A DNA stretch of 64,000 nucleotides from Macrostomum lignano (Eukaryota): NCBI GenBank assembly GCA_002269645.1, contig NIVC01003296.1, positions 1 to 64,000 on the forward strand. The letters run 5' to 3'. The translations under genes and the position numbers were made by a program. Shown one piece after another: positions 58,563 to 64,000 of the stretch. Positions within the stretch are counted from its first letter, which is position 1. Every line of letters begins with the position of its first letter. Below the pieces are notes generated by a model. That model made no database searches. It was not told the DNA's origin and saw only the letters and a list, made by a program, of their open reading frames with translations.

Positions 58563-59148
58563 TTATTTTAACTTATACCTGTTTTAGGTATACCAAAAAG
58601 CAAACTAGACCATGGGATATAGATACCAAAATGCAATAGGCCAACCAAAAAGCATGGGCTGATAGGCATCTAAAAGTGTTGATACCTTCTAAAAGCCCAT
58701 AAAAATCAATTACAAAAATATTAAACATTTAAATTATTAAAGTTTTGTATTTTTTATACAAATGAAATGAGATTTATTCAATAGAATAAAAAATAAAATT
58801 AAATTTATCAATCTCTTTGTTGGAGTCACTAGGTATTAGGCCTAGGCCTACTAGAATCCTTAGGCCAATAGTTTGATACATATACTGTATTGGCCTAGTC
58901 TAAATTTATATATAAAAAATATTCACTATTTTATGAGGAGGCCTAGCAGGCTTTAAAATAAATAGTGCAGCTGTGCTAAGGCCTAGACCTATCTAAACTA
59001 ATTTTTAATTAAATTAGTTAAGCAAGGATTGTATTGAGATAATGCCATAGTTCTACGAGCCGTATATACTAAAAATGAGTAAGTAGCTAAGAATCTTTTT
59101 GCATGCAAAGCAGGTATTAATTCGCAGTATCCGATGTATGTCCTCTTT

Positions 59149-59528
59149 GAGCCTCTTCACGGCAATCGGTTCTAGAACCAGAATAAATTCGAGTTCTAGA
59201 ACCAGAACCAGTGTGAAATGAGGAGCTTCGAACCCATTTTATGTTTGACAGTATTTACAATTTAATTTTGTCGTTCTTTGACTTTGTTTCCTCTTGGATA
59301 TGACAAAAAAGGAATAATTATATAACAATAATAAAAAATTGACTATTTCAAATATATTTTCTGTTAAAGTGTAAACATGACAACGGTTCGAGATAATTTT
59401 TCGAACCATATTTTAGAACCAGAACCATGTTCCGGAACTGATTCTGTTTTTTCGAACCATTGATATGAAGAGCGACGAACCGGTTCGGAACCGGTTCCGT
59501 TTTTCGAACCGGCGATATGAAGAGGCTC
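59149..59528. mobile_element. MITE with GAGCCTCTTCA TIRs and GAACC/GGTTC subterminal motifs
   Basis: GAGCCTCTTCA … TGAAGAGGCTC, flanked by TTT on both sides. Confidence 0.55.
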
Positions 59529-59820
59529 TTTGATGAAGACTGCCTAGTCCTGACTCCTAACGACTCCCATGAGTGTATGAGGTCATTGCAGGCGTAGGCA
59601 AACTTTTTAAAAAATAGTGTTGGGATTTGAACGACATTCAAGAGTAACATAAGTACTAAATAATACTGTTAAAATTTCTATAAATTTTTTTCTTGACTTA
59701 CTTGTTAAACATCTTGATGCCTCAGAAAAGCTAATGTGGTATATAGTTTGATTTTTTGAACCTCATTCATTTACTATTAATTAAATCGTATACCTTTCTA
59801 GGAAACAATTGACATGACAT

Positions 59821-60749
59821 TGTGGTAGGCCGGTCTACCACTGGGGCTCCTGCAACGGTTGGCGACGCGCGAAGCGCTTCCACCCGGTGGGATATTCTTG
59901 ACGTCACCTCTGCTCCCCCGGTTGAACTGTGCGCTTTCCCTTCGTTGCCCCCACCTTTGGTCCAATAGTTGCCCCTTCCCTTGGTCCCGCTTTGTTTTGC
60001 TGTATTCCTTCCGGGTTTGCCCCTTTTTTCCGCCAGTGTTCCCCCCGGTGTTCCACCCAGTGTTCCTTTCGGTGTTCCCCCTATTGGATCTATGTAATTT
60101 TTATGTATAAAACCGTTGCGTTTTACTTCTTTTATCTGCGTCCTCCTCCTCCTCCTCTTCTTCTGCTACTACTGCGATTGCTTTTGTGTTTGATTATTAT
60201 TTTTGCTCGCTCGCTCTCTCTCTGTTGGTTGTTGGTCAATTATCTCGCGTAGTAACAATAAGCAACAATAACAATAATAATAACGCAATCCTAATTAATA
60301 AGTTCGCCAATATTAATATTATTCATACAGTTGTTCAGAATCGAAGCCTTTAGTTTCTATTGAGTCATTTGCCCGCGGGGCGTAAAATAACCAGTCAGTC
60401 TCAACTCAAAGAAAGCTCTGAGACCCTCAACGTTCCGTAAAACGACATTTACGGTGGTGGCAGCGCTACTTTACTACTGTTAGTAACCAAACGAGCATCT
60501 TCGACGAACTACGAATTTTACGGTGTCCGAGGAACCAATCTGAACGACCCGGGCCGCTACAAGACCGCTCGACTACGAACACGACTACCCTCCCCCCGGA
60601 ATTGAGGACCCCGGCAGACGGAGTATCCAAGGAGAAGACTCAACGCAGCAATTTGTGCAATTTTCCGGCTTTACGTGCCGACGACAAACCCCAAATTTTA
60701 TTTTCCCAATTTCAAAATTTTTATTTTCTTCTCCACCCGCACCTCAACA
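59821..60749. mobile_element. Possible solo LTR (TGT…ACA), CpG-rich island within an AT-rich domain
   Basis: Begins TGTGG and ends CAACA. Flanking 4-mers ACAT/TCAT match 3/4. Sharp compositional contrast with the flanks. Could instead be a promoter/5' exon of the zinc-finger gene. Confidence 0.3.
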
Positions 60750-62544
60750 TCATCGATGACTGACTGCACTGATTGAATGATGACTTAGCTGTATAAGAGT
60801 TCTTTACTCGGGAACTATACTATTCGTCTGCCAGCGTACTTAAAACCTGAAAGTTTAAAAATCATAAAATGTATTATAAACTCATATAATTTATTGTTGT
60901 AAAATTATACTATAGTATAAAATTTCAGCCAATTAGGCCTATATTATTTTTTAAAAGTTAAAAACAATAAAAAACTGAATTTGTATAAAGATAAAACGAT
61001 AAGTATATATATAGGCCTAACTTTCCTTTAAGCCTCTATGCCTTTGTCAAGTGGTTCTACAGCTTTACTAGGCCTATCAGCTATCACTTACTAACACAAT
61101 ATGTTTTTATACAATATTTTTCTTAAGATATTGTAAATATATAGCCTATGCACTTATTCTATACGCATGGAGGAGCATAGCCAAGGCACAAAGGCCAGGG
61201 GGGACACTGGGGACATATGTGCCCATCAGTCCATTCATATCTAGGTAAACTTGTTAACAATTATTTGTCAATTGTGATTATTTTACTATGATTGCATAGC
61301 TTATAACTAATATGCAATACCAAAATACTTGGCACAAAAAAGCACAAGCATCAAAAAGCATATATAGATACCGAATTTATAGGTGCTTGCTATAATATCT
61401 ATAGGAAGAAATGGCAATGCCATTAGGCCTAGCTAGCAATAGAAAAGGTTGATGCTATAATAACTGCTTTAATTTTTTTGGCTAAACTTTAGGACCCTTT
61501 TTTAAATATATTTATAAAGTGGAAATTGTAGCTAGATAATAATTGGTATCAGGCATGTAGCCAGGAATCAGGATATAGGCCTATGTCAGGGGGGGTGGGC
61601 ATTCTTAAAGTCTGCCACATATATTAGTTCTTTGATTGCTTATAGTTTATGGTCTTATAATTTAAAGGTAAAAAGCAATAGCACTTTAGTACCTTTATTG
61701 CTGCCAATGAATATATAAATTATAAATTCCTATTAACTAATAAAATGCTATGGTTTGCCAAAGCTAAAATTTAAATATATGCTAAAAAGCATTTGTAGTA
61801 AGGATTAGTTTGTCTAATAGAGCTAAGATTAATATCTTCAAAAAACTTTGGCTACAATAGACTTACTTTACTTTTAACATCTATATATCCATTCTAAAAT
61901 ATCCATTCTAACCTTAGCCTTTTTTAATTATCTTATATCATTTCATAATCATTACATTACTATATTTATATATTACTAATATATAAATATATTATTACAT
62001 TATATTACATACATATATATACATTACATATACATTATATTATATACATATATATTACATTACTAAATTATAAGGTTAATTTACATTAGCCATTTTTAGA
62101 TAGGCTTTGATTTGATAGGCTATGACCAATCTTTTAATTTATATGAACTCTGAATTATTTTCCCAGATTTGAATAGCAATACTTAACTCTAGCTTGTTTT
62201 ACATATAATAAGTAAAAATTGATAAGAGTGCTTCTAACTTTCTAAGTAGAAGTTGAAAACTTGGGATGAAAAACAATACCTCCAAACAAAATTTCTAGTT
62301 ATTCCCCTGCCTATTAAGTATTTTGTGACATTCCAGCCCTAAATATATTAAGTAATTATATACTGAGTGGGCTATAGCTTGTTTAAGTAGTACATTACTT
62401 GTACCTCTGAAACTGGTAGCCTATCTTCACTACTCAACACAAAACACTGTGTGTTAAGAAAATTGTATTGTAAAACTAAAGTTCTCACACCACAATTCCA
62501 TGGTATTTTAGAGCTTGTGCATAAAATTGGCTGTTGTGCAAATC

Positions 62545-62620
62545 ACACCTATGAAGGCCAACCCCCAAGGCGCAGAGAGTGTACATGCCTGACGATTTGA
62601 AAGTCAGGGCCACTGGGCAT
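62545..62620 (+). mobile_element. SINE body fragment (plus strand)
   Basis: GGCCAACCCCCAAGGCGCAGAGAGTGTACATGCCTGACGA matches the reverse complement of the body at 45.87-45.91 kb. Confidence 0.6.
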
Positions 62621-62746
62621 TGTCAGCGTGACTATATTCGTGTATGTGCTCAGGAGCTAGTGGGATGGGTAGAATTTCCTCAGCCACCTCAGTATCCTGC
62701 GATTATTGTTGTTAAAAGTGCAAATTTACCATACAAAATCCCACAG

Positions 62747-64000
62747 CGATCTGTAAAACAATGCTTGAATGCCTGTGGCGAGGTTGCCCAGTCGGTTGTG
62801 TGCAATCCGACTTGGCCAATCACGTGATGTCGCACGCGGCCAAATTGGAATCAGGCGACAGTTTGGCCTGCCAGTGGCGCGGCTGCAAGCGCTCGGAAAA
62901 GCCGTTCCTGTATCGCTACCAGCTGCAGCAGCACGCAGCTCTGCACGCAAATGAGTTGCAACATGCCTGCGTGCACTGCGGCAAGCGTTTTAACACCGAG
63001 GCTTACCTACGCCGGCATCTGGAATCTCATCAGCTACCAGAGGAGCGGCGCCACGCCTGCTCAGTCTGCGGCAAACGATTTGCCCATTCGGCTGACAAGA
63101 GTCGCTGCGAGCGCGGCCACCGAGGCCAGCTGCACAACTGCCGGCACTGCGGCAAAGCTTTCAAAGATCCCGGAAATTTGCGCAAGCATCGGAAGCGCTG
63201 GCATGCGGACGAGCCGCTTGATGGTAAAATTTTGATTGTACACAAGTTTTAAAGCGTGGATGGACATTATAGTTGAAACTCTGAACGTGTTGAAGATTCT
63301 AAAGAATCAGTCATGTGTCTGCATTCGGACAGAGCAGAACAAATTTTAGCACTAAGATGCCTGGGCTCGATTTCGTGTGCGGCGAAGTTTCGTACTTGGC
63401 TTGGGGTTTTGGTCGTACGATTCATGCCTGTGAAGGTCAGCCCGAAGCAAGGGGAAAACGGCGATTGTCTCAAGCAATTTGACTGACTGACAATTTGCAG
63501 GGGCGTCGCCATGGATTTTACGGTGGGGGGACAAAGCCAAGAATTTTACATGTACATGACTAAATTCCTACATGCACATTATTTTGAGAATCGGTGTTGT
63601 CAGCGCTCATTTTGGCGTCGCAGGCACTCATTTTGGCGCTGCAGGCACTCATTTTGGCGCCGCAGGCACTCATTTTAGCGCCACAGGCACTCATTTTGGC
63701 GCCACAGGCACTCATTTTGGCGCCACAGGCACTCATTTTAGCGCCACAGCCACTCATTTTAGCGCCACAGGCACTCATTTTGCATGACAGGGCAGTGTGG
63801 CAACTGTGGAGATAGACAATGTATTACAAGATAAAAATTAATATTCATTCTTTTCCTCTGTCCTTTCTCAGCCACCAGCGGCGGTTCAGCCGCAACCAAT
63901 GCGACATCTCCGTCTGTAACTGCGGTGGCAACAGCAGCAGCAGAAACAGCAGCTGCTGCCACACCCCTGCGCCTGGCTCCGAGCCAGTCTGCTCCAACTG
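62747..64000 (+). CDS. C2H2 zinc-finger protein, partial; exons 62747-63223 and 63872->64000
   Basis: Five fingers, the first two of CxWxxC type (CLWRGC…H…H; CQWRGC…H…H). CACAG acceptor at 62746, G|GTAAAA donor at 63223/63224, and a phase-compatible TTTCTCAG acceptor at 63871 leading into an Ala/Thr/Ser-rich frame. Confidence 0.85.
63498..63790 (+). mobile_element. Third (truncated) copy of the hAT-like MITE with a 21-bp array, in the zinc-finger gene intron
   Basis: Starts CAGGGGCGTCGCCATGGATTTTACGGTGGGGGACAAAGCCAAGAA. Array at 63600-63785. Confidence 0.7.

Noticed and set aside
60777-60850. Box C (ATGATGA) and box D (CTGA) 74 nt apart, snoRNA-like
   Set aside because: No convincing terminal stem or C'/D' boxes, and no guide target I could identify. 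Such motif pairs arise by chance.

Overview
Eukaryotic (animal) genomic DNA with spliceosomal introns, GC-rich coding exons and very dense tandem repeats. The style suggests a flatworm such as Macrostomum, but this is inference only. Genes reconstructed by hand from splice sites and reading-frame phase: the first coding exon of a TASK-type K2P channel (-, runs off the left edge); an unidentified minus-strand gene (8.8-10.7 kb); PP2A catalytic subunit (-) head-to-head with RACK1 (+), 679 bp between start codons; a 924-aa catalytically dead, type II membrane cholinesterase-like (neurotactin-like) protein (-); Elongator subunit ELP4 (-), whose first exon lacks an ATG; an ankyrin-repeat protein (-); a small 2-TM protein (+); and a tandem-CWCH2/C2H2 zinc-finger gene (+, runs off the right edge). 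Mobile DNA: a TTAA-flanked piggyBac-like foldback element, a 3.27-kb CCC...GGG EnSpm/CMC-like element, hAT-like MITEs carrying 21-bp satellite arrays, a tRNA-derived SINE family, a decayed Penelope-like retroelement and several small MITEs or hairpins. Best leads: (1) ELP4 may get its initiator AUG from a spliced leader; (2) the neurotactin-like gene and a disrupted paralogous copy of its first exon; (3) sharply bounded CpG-decayed AT-rich domains, shown by comparing repeat copies inside and outside them; (4) an intron made almost entirely of tandem branch-point+AG units. Family assignments rest on remembered motifs; no database search was run.
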